DNA from: Candidatus Bathyarchaeota archaeon
GTDB lineage: Archaea; Thermoproteota; Bathyarchaeia; Bathyarchaeales; Bathyarchaeaceae
DNA length: 45,675 bases
Reading direction: 5' to 3'
Assembly (NCBI GenBank): GCA_020344435.1
Contig: CP070826.1
Coordinates: 1,021,024 to 1,066,698, forward strand
Both the position numbers and the translations under genes were made by a program. The notes under the pieces are model-generated. The model searched no databases, was not told where the DNA came from, and worked only from the letters and a program-made list of their open reading frames with translations. How positions within the stretch are numbered: the first letter of the stretch is position 1; each line of letters begins with the position of its first letter. Below, piece after piece: positions 18,086 to 25,839 of the stretch.

Positions 18086-18233
18086 CGAGATTTTCTCGTT
18101 AGTGTGCGCGCGCGTCCGCGTGGATCGTGTAAACTTGCTGAGTTTCTGGGGAAGTCTGTGAAGTGGAGGGTGAAGGCGTATACTTGGGTGCCTTTTTTGG
18201 TGCGTTGAATCTTCCAGTTGAAGTTTCCTGCTA

Positions 18234-18587
18234 TTACCAATGATATTTCCTTCTGTCTTCATTCCTAAGTAGTTCATACGCGCGTTCTGCTTCAGCCAGG
18301 GCATATCTTCGTTTTAGGTAGGAATCAATTGTTGCAGCGGTCATCACGATGGCTATTGGAAAGGAGGATACTTCGATTTCGTCTTTTTCGTGCCGCTGGG
18401 TTATTGATCCGAAGAGTATGGCTTCTTCTATTCTTTCTTGGGCTTTTTCTAGGATATCTTGGTATTCTGTGTTTGTTAGATCTTTGAGGTTAATTTCCAG
18501 TCCTTGGATGTAGTTTGCAGCTTGGGAAGTAAAGGGATATCTAGCAAGGTTGTAGGGTGTGAGGACTGGGTTTGCCTCCGTCTTCAT
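18234..18587 (-). CDS. priL: DNA primase large subunit PriL, N-terminal fragment only (117 aa)
   Basis: ARYPFTSQAANYI...LKDL...AQERIEEAI...SFPIAIVMTAATIDSYLKRRYALAEAERAYELLRNED parallels the N-terminal helices of Sulfolobus PriL. It ends in TAA-TAG. No Fe-S C-terminal domain follows in any frame. The start overlaps the PCNA stop (ATGA). Confidence 0.6.
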   Translation of the reverse strand: MKTEANPVLTPYNLARYPFTSQAANYIQGLEINLKDLTNTEYQDILEKAQERIEEAILFGSITQRHEKDEIEVSSFPIAIVMTAATIDSYLKRRYALAEAERAYELLRNEDRRKYHW

Positions 18588-19339
18588 TCTACTTCTATAC
18601 GGGGGGCTAGGTAGTAAGTGAGTTTTCCTTCTTTGGGTTGTTGGAAGTCTATTCTTATAGGCATATCTGTTGCAAATTCTATCGTTGCGAGTTCAGAGGT
18701 GGCTGAGGCTGCTTTGACTATTTCTGTGAGATAAGATAGGCTGAAGGTTGCTTTGGATGGCTCTTGGGATTGGAGGTCTAGTAAAGCGTCGCTTCCCTTC
18801 TTGAGTTCGATGGTTGCTCCCATGAGGTCTCCTGTGGCGTTCAGAGTTAGTTTTTCTTTGTCTGCCTGTATGCGGACATGGTCGCTTACAAGGTTGGCGT
18901 CTTCTATTGCTTGGTGAAGCCCGTGGGTTGTTGTTTTCGCCTTTGTTTTGAAGGTTACTTTTGGCGTTGGGACTTCTTCTTCCATGGCTTCTAGGGTGGG
19001 CATGTTAAAGGTGCGAGTGTAGTTGCCTCTAATCGTCAATTTTAGTCTGTTCGTCTTCTCATCCAATACGAGTTCGATGGTCTCATCTTTTCCTGTTCTT
19101 CTAAGGAGCTTGAGGAGCTCGGAGATGTTAATGCAGAGTTTTACGGGTTGTGTGCATTTGTATTCGTCGAAGACAGTTTTCGGCCATTGGAAATCTATCA
19201 TGGCTACGCGGCTGGGGTCCATCGCCCTGAGGGTTATGGCTTCTGGCGTTATGCTGAAAGTTGCTTCGTCTATGAGTATAGAGATGGCTGTGAAGGTGTC
19301 TTTGAGGGATTTTGCATCTGCCATCTTGAGTTTGAACAT
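18584..19339 (-). CDS. pcn: DNA polymerase sliding clamp PCNA
   Basis: MFKLKMADAKSLKDTFTAISILIDEATFSITPEAITLRAMDPSRVAMIDF is a typical PCNA N-terminus. The size is 251 aa and the protein has a two-domain repeat. Confidence 0.92.
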   Translation of the reverse strand: MFKLKMADAKSLKDTFTAISILIDEATFSITPEAITLRAMDPSRVAMIDFQWPKTVFDEYKCTQPVKLCINISELLKLLRRTGKDETIELVLDEKTNRLKLTIRGNYTRTFNMPTLEAMEEEVPTPKVTFKTKAKTTTHGLHQAIEDANLVSDHVRIQADKEKLTLNATGDLMGATIELKKGSDALLDLQSQEPSKATFSLSYLTEIVKAASATSELATIEFATDMPIRIDFQQPKEGKLTYYLAPRIEVE

Positions 19340-19405
19340 GGGTTAAGCCTCTTTGTGGCTGGTATTGTGTTATGTTTCTGTGATTTTAATCTTGCTGATG
19401 TCTGC

Positions 19406-20089
19406 ATGGATGCATTTTTCTATCTTTTTCCATATAGTATATGCGAGCGAAGCGGGTCTGTGACAGTGCTGAGAAAGAATCCGAGCGTTGTTTATTGGCT
19501 TGGTGATAAGCTGTACCTAAACATAACCAACCGGTGCTCTAATGATTGTTATTTCTGTCTAAGACGATTCAAAGATGGTGTTAGGGGTTTCAACCTGAAG
19601 CTGCGGGGGGAACCTTCTTCCAAGGAGGTGGTTGCGGAGTTGCAGAAGGGTATTAGGAGAAAGCTTTGGAAGGAGGTTGTTTTCTGTGGATTCGGAGAGC
19701 CCTTGATGAGGCTAGATTGTATTCTGGAGGTCACGAGTTGGGTGAAGAGGTTTCATGAGAAGGTTGTTAGAGTGGATACTAATGGGCATGGGTTCCTGCT
19801 GAATGCGGGGAGGGATGTGGTAAGGGAGTTGAGGGAGGCCCATGTGGATAGAGTGAGTGTTAGCTTGAACGCCCAGGATGAGGAGACCTACAATAGAGTG
19901 TGCAGACCAAAGTTTCAAGGGGCTTTTGAGAAGATTTTTGAATTTGTAGAGAAGGCTAAGGAGGTGGGTTTGGAGATTGAGATTACTGTCGTAAGGATTC
20001 CGGAGGTGGATGTGCGAGAAGTGAGGGAGATAGCGAAGAGGAGGGAGGTTGAGTTTAGAGTGAGAGAGTATATACCTTGCATCTGGTAG
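19406..20089 (+). CDS. radical SAM protein (small TatD-associated type)
   Basis: LYLNITNRCSNDCYFCLRR carries the CxxxCxxC motif. VVFCGFGEPLMRLD and VRVDTNGHG are also present. The track start at 19148 lies antisense inside PCNA. I use the ATG at 19406; a later start is possible. Confidence 0.72.
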   Translation: MDAFFYLFPYSICERSGSVTVLRKNPSVVYWLGDKLYLNITNRCSNDCYFCLRRFKDGVRGFNLKLRGEPSSKEVVAELQKGIRRKLWKEVVFCGFGEPLMRLDCILEVTSWVKRFHEKVVRVDTNGHGFLLNAGRDVVRELREAHVDRVSVSLNAQDEETYNRVCRPKFQGAFEKIFEFVEKAKEVGLEIEITVVRIPEVDVREVREIAKRREVEFRVREYIPCIW

Positions 20090-20213
20090 GATTCAGAGTT
20101 TCTATGTTCTTATCAGGGTCCGTATCAATTGAACTCCTTGCACACCGGTGTTGTGTGGAAGACCTTGAATGATAGTTAAGCAAATCTCGTATGCATATAC
20201 CCCGACTTCTGTG

Positions 20214-20445
20214 TCATACCAAGCGACCGGAATGACGACGGACCGCGCGCGTCGGGATCGGTACAGCTGCAAGCGTGCAGGCGCTAGATACGCCCGTGGG
20301 AAAGATCCTGTAGAAATTTGTGAACTCATCTTCTGCTTTTTTTGAAATGCTTGAACTTAACTCCCAGGGAGGGGATCTTCTTGTGTCGCTCGTAGCGTTT
20401 CTTGATGAATTGAAGGATTGTCTCCTTGAGCTCAGGGTTCTCCAT
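20214..20445 (-). pseudogene. possible frameshifted small gene (39-aa ORF 20326-20445 plus an out-of-frame 40-aa continuation)
   Basis: The ATG at 20445 gives MENPELKETILQFIKKRYERHKKIPSLGVKFKHFKKSRR*. A 7-nt homopolymer (T7 on plus, 20337-20343) lies just before the stop. One base fewer would continue ...FKKAEDEFTNFYRIFPTGVSSACTLAAVPIPTRAVRRHSGRLV*. I recognise no family. Confidence 0.25.
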
Positions 20446-20491
20446 TGTATCCGCGCCAATATAATGTTGATCCGCACACAAACATTCAATG

Positions 20492-20590
20492 ACGTTCTGC
20501 GACGATCTCTCACGATCTCTCCACGATTTCCCACCGATTCAACATTCAAAACGACGATTTCGCACGATTTCCACGATTTCGACGATCTTC
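20492..20590. repeat. array of 8-9 phased direct repeats with core (C)ACGAT(T/C)T(C)
   Basis: ACGAT starts at 20502, 20512, 20523, 20554, 20564, 20573 and 20582. A CCGAT variant starts at 20534 and an ACGTT variant at 20492. Spacings are 10, 11, 11, 20, 10, 9 and 9 bp. The copies form two blocks of four around aacattcaaa. Confidence 0.8.
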
Positions 20591-20849
20591 ACCTGCCAAG
20601 AGCGTAGGGACGAGAATCCTGTGTTGTCGGTGTGGATCGCGAAAATGATGTTGAAATGCCGGTCTTCCCCCTCTACCTCCTAGACGGGCTTCAGCAGTGC
20701 CAGTCTCGGCCTACGGAAACCAGATCGTGACTGCGCGAAATATGCTCGCAAATTGAAAAGGGTGGAAATATCGACTCTTTTCGCTGGATTCCGACCGTAT
20801 GATGCTAAAGCGCAATCCTTTTAGTTGCAATCTGACGATTATAGTCGAG

Positions 20850-21311
20850 ATGACATTGTCAGAATTTTCCTTTGAGCCTCTTCGAAAAAGAGACAGAGAT
20901 GCTTGTGCAGAGATGATAATATCGACTTTGGGGAATGAGGCAAAACCATATGCAGACAAGAACACCGTGAAGAAGGCCCTTTATGGTGATAAGAAAGTGA
21001 CACTGGTGGCGAGAAGGAAAGAGAGGATCTCGGGGTTGATAAACGGTACCCTCCTAGGCTTCCCAAGAATCATGTTTCTCACAGTTGCGGACGAGCAAAG
21101 CGCACGTGAAGGCTTAGGCGGTATGCTGATCGATCAATTTGTGAAGGAAATCAAGAAGATTTCACCTCATGCAAAACTCATTTTACATAATGAATTTGCA
21201 GACAACTTCAACGCTATCGGATTGTATTCAGTCAAAGGTTTCAAGGTTACTGGATTCATAAAAGACCCCATCACAAACAGAGATGTGGTCTTCTTGGAAA
21301 AGTCTGTGTAG
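20850..21311 (+). CDS. GNAT-family N-acetyltransferase (tentative)
   Basis: The size is about 150 aa. REGLGGMLIDQFVKEIKK looks like the acetyl-CoA-binding Q/RxxGxG/A motif, and NAIGLYSVKGFKV looks like the C-terminal motif. The start is the ATG at 20850. Confidence 0.55.
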   Translation: MTLSEFSFEPLRKRDRDACAEMIISTLGNEAKPYADKNTVKKALYGDKKVTLVARRKERISGLINGTLLGFPRIMFLTVADEQSAREGLGGMLIDQFVKEIKKISPHAKLILHNEFADNFNAIGLYSVKGFKVTGFIKDPITNRDVVFLEKSV

Positions 21312-21323
21312 CCCCGCTATGCG

Positions 21324-21719
21324 TCATGGAGTCTCTGCTTTTCTCGACGATAGTTGTTTGCTGAGAAACGCTCCGACAAATCCCCCCAACACGAAAATCA
21401 CGAGGATTATCAGGTGATCCAGCAGATTTAGCAGTCTTTGTCCAGTGATCACTTCAATCACACCCATGAAGACATAGATATGAAAGACAAATGAGCCTAG
21501 TCCCGCCTTCAACCCCACTCTCTCATGATTCTGGGACGCCTTACGAGCGACTAAGTATCCTGCAACAATGGCTCCAAAAACGTATGTCAGGAATAAGAGC
21601 TGCACAGGAGGGAGCGCAATAGCTAATGTTAACCACGCCAGTGAATTCGCGAGCACCGCCCCCGCTATGTAGTCTTTGAGTGTAGATGTTTTTCTGGTTT
21701 CCATGACTGACTTCCTCAA
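21324..21719 (-). CDS. hypothetical membrane protein (4 TM)
   Basis: Four hydrophobic helices are present. I recognise no family. Confidence 0.55.
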   Translation of the reverse strand: MRKSVMETRKTSTLKDYIAGAVLANSLAWLTLAIALPPVQLLFLTYVFGAIVAGYLVARKASQNHERVGLKAGLGSFVFHIYVFMGVIEVITGQRLLNLLDHLIILVIFVLGGFVGAFLSKQLSSRKAETP

Positions 21720-21746
21720 TTCGATACATTATTATTTGTTTTGTCA

Positions 21747-21754
21747 TTTTAAAT
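21747..21754 (+). promoter_or_regulatory. TATA-like box TTTTAAAT for the 21.8-29.3 kb operon
   Basis: It lies in an AT-rich divergent intergenic region, about 70 nt upstream of the ATG at 21823. Confidence 0.4.
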
Positions 21755-21777
21755 CTTGACAGAGAAATTCAACAATA

Positions 21778-21794
21778 GGTTGACAAGGGTTGAC
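21778..21794 (+). promoter_or_regulatory. GGTTGAC direct repeat with 10-bp spacing (GGTTGACAAGGGTTGAC), operator-like
   Basis: The repeat lies between the TATA-like box and the first ATG of the operon. A third TTGACA sits at 21756-21761. The 9-mer GTTGACAAG is shared with 10276-10284. Confidence 0.4.
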
Positions 21795-21822
21795 CCCACC
21801 TAGAACACCATCGAAATCAAAG

Positions 21823-23643
21823 ATGAAGCCAGAAGAAATAAAGGTGATTCTAGCCACTGATTGCGGAAGCACCACCAGCAAAGCCCGTTTCTTCAAGAAA
21901 CTAGGAAATGAATATCGCTTTGTTGCGAGTGGAGAAGCCCCCACAACCGTCGAGGCTCCCTTCGAAGACGTAACGCTAGGCGTACGCAACGAGATACTAG
22001 AAGTAGAGGAACTTACTGGACACAAGATTCTAGCTCCGCACGGAATTATGACACCTTCCAAGGGCGAAAAGGAAGGCGTGGACTTGTATGTTACCACAAG
22101 CAGTGCTGGTGGAGGGCTCCAGATGATGGTTGCAGGAGTGGTAAAGACAATGACTGCTGAAAGTGCGGAACGAGCAGCCTTAGGCGCAGGAGCCATAGTT
22201 ATGGATGTTATGGCCGTGGACGATGGTCGGCGACCTTATCAAAAGATCGGAAGGATACGGTATCTCAGACCTGACATGATTTTGATGGCGGGTGGGACAG
22301 ATGGCGGAAACGTGACTCACGTCGTTGAGACCGCCGAGCTGATTGATGCCGCGAAGCCAAGGCCACGGCTGGGCATAGATTTTGAGCTACCTATCGTCTT
22401 TGCCGGAAACAAGGAAGCTCGTGTCCCCATAGAGAAGATTCTGGATAAGGCATATGCTTTGAAGATTGTGGACAACCTACGACCGGTCCTTGAGTTCGAG
22501 AACACCGGTCCAGCCAGAAACGTGATTCACGAATTATTCATGGAACACGTGATGTCCCATGCGCCTGGATATGACAAATTGATGAAGTGGACACCAATCC
22601 CGATAATGCCGACTCCTGCTGGCGAAGGAAGAATGTTTCAGGCAATCGCCAAAACCTACAGCGCAAACGTCATTGGCGTCGGCTTAGGCGGAGCGACTAC
22701 TAATGTATATTCAATGTATGAAGACAAGTTTGTAAGAACCGTGAGTGCCAACTTGGGCATGAGCTATAGTATATGCAATGTTCTGAAGGAAGCTGGAACA
22801 AAGAATATAGTGCGTTGGGTACCATTTGAATGCTTGGAGGAAGATCTCCGTAATCGCCTGTACAACAAGATGATTCGCCCTACAACGATCCCGCAGACTG
22901 TAGAAGACTTAGTAGTTGAACATGCCGTGGCAAGAGAAGCATTACGCTTGGGCTTTGAACATCACAAGCTACTTGCTAGACCGCTGCGCGGCGTGCAAAG
23001 AAGGCGCACTATAGCAGATATTTTTGAACAGGAAGCCTTTGAAGAGACCTATATTGACATGTTGTATATCGATTGGGTGGCTGGTACAGGTGGTCTTCTA
23101 TCTCACGCTCCGAGGCGGGCGCAGTCGGCTCTGATGCTGATTGATGGTTTCCAACCTGAGGGCGTGACTAGCTTGGCGCAGGACAGCGTCTTCATGATGC
23201 CTCATCTCGGGGTTCTATCCACTGTACATCCAAAGGCCTCCATGGAGATATTCGAAAAGGACTGCCTTGTTAGGATCGGAGTCTGCATCGCCCCACGAGG
23301 AGTGGGAAAGGAAGGAGAAGTTATGGAAGTTGCAATCCGCATGCCTGACAATTCATGTTTGGAGGAACAAGTAAGCTTTGGATCGATAAAGAAGATTCCT
23401 CTCAAGGAAGGAGAGAAGGCTGAAGTAGAGATACTCCCGTTTCGTGGAGGCGATGTCGGGCAAGGTTCAGGAAAGGCAAGAAAAGTTGTCATCGAGGGTG
23501 GAGTCGTTGGAATAATCTTGGATGCGCGAGGGAGACCTCTGGTTCTGCCTGATGAGGATAATGAAAGGAAGCAGAAGCTGATTGAATGGTTCAAAGCCCT
23601 TGATGCATATCCCGAGAGATTGTATGAAATGTGCGGCAGGTAA
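21823..23643 (+). CDS. MutL/GlmL-family ASKHA (actin-fold) ATPase, long form
   Basis: ILATDCGSTTSKARFF is the phosphate-1 motif, DMILMAGGTDGGN is phosphate-2 and IGVGLGGATTNVYS is the adenosine motif. This order and spacing match the glutamate-mutase accessory protein MutL family. The protein is about 606 aa and has an extra C-terminal region. The start is the ATG at 21823. Confidence 0.7.
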   Translation: MKPEEIKVILATDCGSTTSKARFFKKLGNEYRFVASGEAPTTVEAPFEDVTLGVRNEILEVEELTGHKILAPHGIMTPSKGEKEGVDLYVTTSSAGGGLQMMVAGVVKTMTAESAERAALGAGAIVMDVMAVDDGRRPYQKIGRIRYLRPDMILMAGGTDGGNVTHVVETAELIDAAKPRPRLGIDFELPIVFAGNKEARVPIEKILDKAYALKIVDNLRPVLEFENTGPARNVIHELFMEHVMSHAPGYDKLMKWTPIPIMPTPAGEGRMFQAIAKTYSANVIGVGLGGATTNVYSMYEDKFVRTVSANLGMSYSICNVLKEAGTKNIVRWVPFECLEEDLRNRLYNKMIRPTTIPQTVEDLVVEHAVAREALRLGFEHHKLLARPLRGVQRRRTIADIFEQEAFEETYIDMLYIDWVAGTGGLLSHAPRRAQSALMLIDGFQPEGVTSLAQDSVFMMPHLGVLSTVHPKASMEIFEKDCLVRIGVCIAPRGVGKEGEVMEVAIRMPDNSCLEEQVSFGSIKKIPLKEGEKAEVEILPFRGGDVGQGSGKARKVVIEGGVVGIILDARGRPLVLPDEDNERKQKLIEWFKALDAYPERLYEMCGR

Positions 23644-23649
23644 TCACAT

Positions 23650-24792
23650 TTGTCATCACAAGCCTACACGCCTGGATTAAAGAGAAAAGCTGCAACGATA
23701 GTGCGGAAGACAAGAATGCTGCCGATTCAAGGAGATGTCTTGGTTAAGAAAGGGGACGTGGTCGAAGCCGACACGATAGTTGCGAGGACTTTCATTCTAG
23801 GTGATGTTCAGGTAGTGAATGTTGCTGGACTGCTAGGAATAGATTTGTGGGAAACATCACAGTACATGCTCAGGAAGGAAGGAGAAGAAGTCGAGAAAGA
23901 GGAGCCTATGGCGATGATTAAGAGTTTTTTTGGGCTCTTCAAAAGGTACGCATTTGCTCCAGTTTCAGGAACTGTCGAGCGCATATCCGACATCACGGGA
24001 CAAGTAATTATTCGAGAATCGCGAGTTCCGCTGGAGGTTGACGCATACATCCAAGGCAAAGCAGTCGAAACATTGCCAAATGAGGGAGCAATCATCGAAA
24101 CCCCTGCTGCTTTCATACAGGGAATCTTCGGTGTAGGCGGCGAGAAGAAGGGAAGATTGATGATTCGCACTGGTAGCCCGAGCGAAGCCCTGACCGCTAG
24201 AGAGATTGAATCTGAATGTAATGGAAGAATCTTGGTTGGAGGGGCGCTGGTTACGAATGATGCTATACAAAAAGCAATCAAAGTAGGCGCCAAGGGAATC
24301 GTGGTTGGAGGAATAGACGATGATGACCTCACCAGCTTCCTAGGCTACAAGATTGGAGTTGCGATCACTGGACAAGAGGACATTCCGTTAACCCTTATCA
24401 TAACTGAGGGATTCGGTGAAATGGCGATGTCAGAAAAGACCTTTTCCCTGCTGAAGGAATTCGACGGGAGACATGCCTCGATCAACGGCGCAACCCAGAT
24501 ACGGGCTGGGGTTATGCGACCTGAGATCGTTATTCCAAGACCTGAACTCGCGAAAAAGAAACGCGGTGATCTTGAAGACAAAGGGGAATTCCTTGAGAAA
24601 GGACTATTGCCCGGCACGCCAATAAGGATCATCAGAGAACCATACTTCGGAGCGCTAGGTGTCGTCTCCAAACTCCCTGTACCTCTGAAGACGGTAGAGT
24701 CCGAGTCGGATGTGCGAGTTCTTGAAGCCGAACTCGACGATGGAAGACGAGTCATCGTACCCCGAGCCAATGTAGAAATGATAGAAGAATGA
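23650..24792 (+). CDS. hypothetical protein with an N-terminal barrel-sandwich-hybrid-like domain
   Basis: LPIQGDVLVKKGDVVEADTIVAR ... FAPVSGTVERISDITGQVIIRE resembles the two half-hairpins of lipoyl/RnfC-N-type barrel-sandwich hybrids. A Gly-rich alpha/beta region follows (ILVGGALVTNDAIQKAIKVGAKGIVVGGIDDDD). The start is TTG, 6 nt after the upstream stop. Confidence 0.6.
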   Translation: MSSQAYTPGLKRKAATIVRKTRMLPIQGDVLVKKGDVVEADTIVARTFILGDVQVVNVAGLLGIDLWETSQYMLRKEGEEVEKEEPMAMIKSFFGLFKRYAFAPVSGTVERISDITGQVIIRESRVPLEVDAYIQGKAVETLPNEGAIIETPAAFIQGIFGVGGEKKGRLMIRTGSPSEALTAREIESECNGRILVGGALVTNDAIQKAIKVGAKGIVVGGIDDDDLTSFLGYKIGVAITGQEDIPLTLIITEGFGEMAMSEKTFSLLKEFDGRHASINGATQIRAGVMRPEIVIPRPELAKKKRGDLEDKGEFLEKGLLPGTPIRIIREPYFGALGVVSKLPVPLKTVESESDVRVLEAELDDGRRVIVPRANVEMIEE

Positions 24793-25802
24793 AGCAGATT
24801 CGACAATGGGGCAGATTCTTGCTGTTTCATAAAAGACCGAAGAATGTTGCTAGTCTGTTAAGAGAATCATTATCCAAGGAAATGCTTGATGAACCTCTCC
24901 TACTCGATCATGTGAAAATCGAAGACTATCTGATGGTGGCTCTAGAGATTCGCCCCTGTTCTCTTCTCACGATCCCGGCTGAATTTCACAACGGGACTGA
25001 GTTGGGAAGAAGGATAGATGAGCTCTGCGCAGAAGACTTGCAAGCGGTTCTGAGAGCAACGACCGACAAGAAAGGAGCTCTAATCCGCAGGTTGAAGAAG
25101 AAGATCCGAGAAGCTCTCAAGAGAGTTGTCTTTACATCAGCCACATATGAGGCGCATATGAACTGGTCGAGAAAACTTGATCTCCGAACATTTGATGTTG
25201 AAGTGAGACCAAGCATTCATGAGTTATACCTGTTCAAAGACTCGAAGATCAAGAGCGAATTAAGAAGTCTTATGAGGATCAGAACAGCAACAAGAGAGAG
25301 AGTTCGGCTCAGGATGGATGCTTCCAAGAGAAGGACTCGTTTGGCTTTTGCCGAGGAATCATCCCCAGAATATCTAGTTTCTGTTGGCAAGTTGCTTGGG
25401 TATCCTTCTTGCTGTGTTGAACGGTATGTTCATGAACGGTTGAATGAAGGTGCAAGCGTTGAGGCTCGAGCCAGTGGGCAAGTCGAACAGTCGAGAAAGG
25501 ATGGGGAAGAACCTGATGTTTATGCTTATTTTGTCCGAAACTTCTTTCCGTGCAGGCCAACATGCGAGAATGCCAGTGAGATTGGGAGAAAGACCTTTGA
25601 TCTTTTAAGTAGTCTAGATCCGAAACTTGGAGGCCTCTACGGCAGATGTATGACGAATAATGTTGAAATGGTTGAAGAATGTCCTGGACTCACTAAACGG
25701 TACAGAGCGAAATTGACAAAAAAAGCGCAAAGACTTACTAGAACTCAGAGTGATGACCAAAACAATTTTAAACGATACGCGTCAATAAATTGGGATTGCT
25801 GA
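24789..25802 (+). CDS. DUF483-like Cys-motif protein
   Basis: KLLGYPSCCVERY ... FFPCRPTCENA (CC...C...C) resembles the archaeal DUF483 family. The start overlaps the upstream stop (ATGA at 24789-24792). Confidence 0.55.
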   Translation: MKQIRQWGRFLLFHKRPKNVASLLRESLSKEMLDEPLLLDHVKIEDYLMVALEIRPCSLLTIPAEFHNGTELGRRIDELCAEDLQAVLRATTDKKGALIRRLKKKIREALKRVVFTSATYEAHMNWSRKLDLRTFDVEVRPSIHELYLFKDSKIKSELRSLMRIRTATRERVRLRMDASKRRTRLAFAEESSPEYLVSVGKLLGYPSCCVERYVHERLNEGASVEARASGQVEQSRKDGEEPDVYAYFVRNFFPCRPTCENASEIGRKTFDLLSSLDPKLGGLYGRCMTNNVEMVEECPGLTKRYRAKLTKKAQRLTRTQSDDQNNFKRYASINWDC

Positions 25803-25839
25803 GCGTGCTGAAACTTCAGTATAGCCAAGTGGTGGATAA

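Noticed and set aside
15413-18102. The 14-nt repeats considered as target-site duplications of a mobile GT2/archaeosortase cassette.
   Set aside because: Both exact copies lie on the same side of the cassette. The copy at the far side is only a loose match, and no transposase, integrase or terminal inverted repeats are present.
18086-18304. The 73-aa N-terminal extension of the archaeosortase ORF in the track (start 18304).
   Set aside because: The extension is basic and low-complexity (RHPSIRLHPPLHRLPQKLSKFTRSTRTRAH), overlaps the priL fragment, and precedes a good internal ATG that is followed directly by TM helices.
19148-19405. The upstream part of ORF 19148..20089.
   Set aside because: It lies antisense inside PCNA and is Cys/Phe/Gly-rich nonsense. 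The radical-SAM homology only begins after about 19440.
20296-20312. GGGAAAGATCC, which resembles the RNase P RNA CR-I element (GGAAAGUCC).
   Set aside because: There is no matching CR-IV/V partner. The following sequence contains a T7 run that would terminate archaeal transcription. The surrounding length and structure do not fit RNase P RNA.
20102-20549. ORFs 20102..20329(-), 20214..20549(-) and 20320..20607(+).
   Set aside because: They overlap one another, are Arg/Ser-rich and unprotein-like, and resemble no family. They are treated as non-coding or remnant sequence (see the finding).
20492-20590. The repeat array considered as a CRISPR array or as canonical ORB origin boxes.
   Set aside because: The units are only about 10 bp and contiguous, with no spacers, so this is not a CRISPR array. 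The units lack the dyad TTCC...GGAA core and the G-string of archaeal ORB or mini-ORB elements, so I do not call an origin.
21744-22196. The 150-aa ORF antisense to the MutL-like gene, and similar long antisense ORFs such as 23808..24332, 24345..24830, 41590..42033 and 39919..40320.
   Set aside because: They are Ser/Pro/Thr-rich shadow frames opposite strongly protein-like genes with recognisable motifs.
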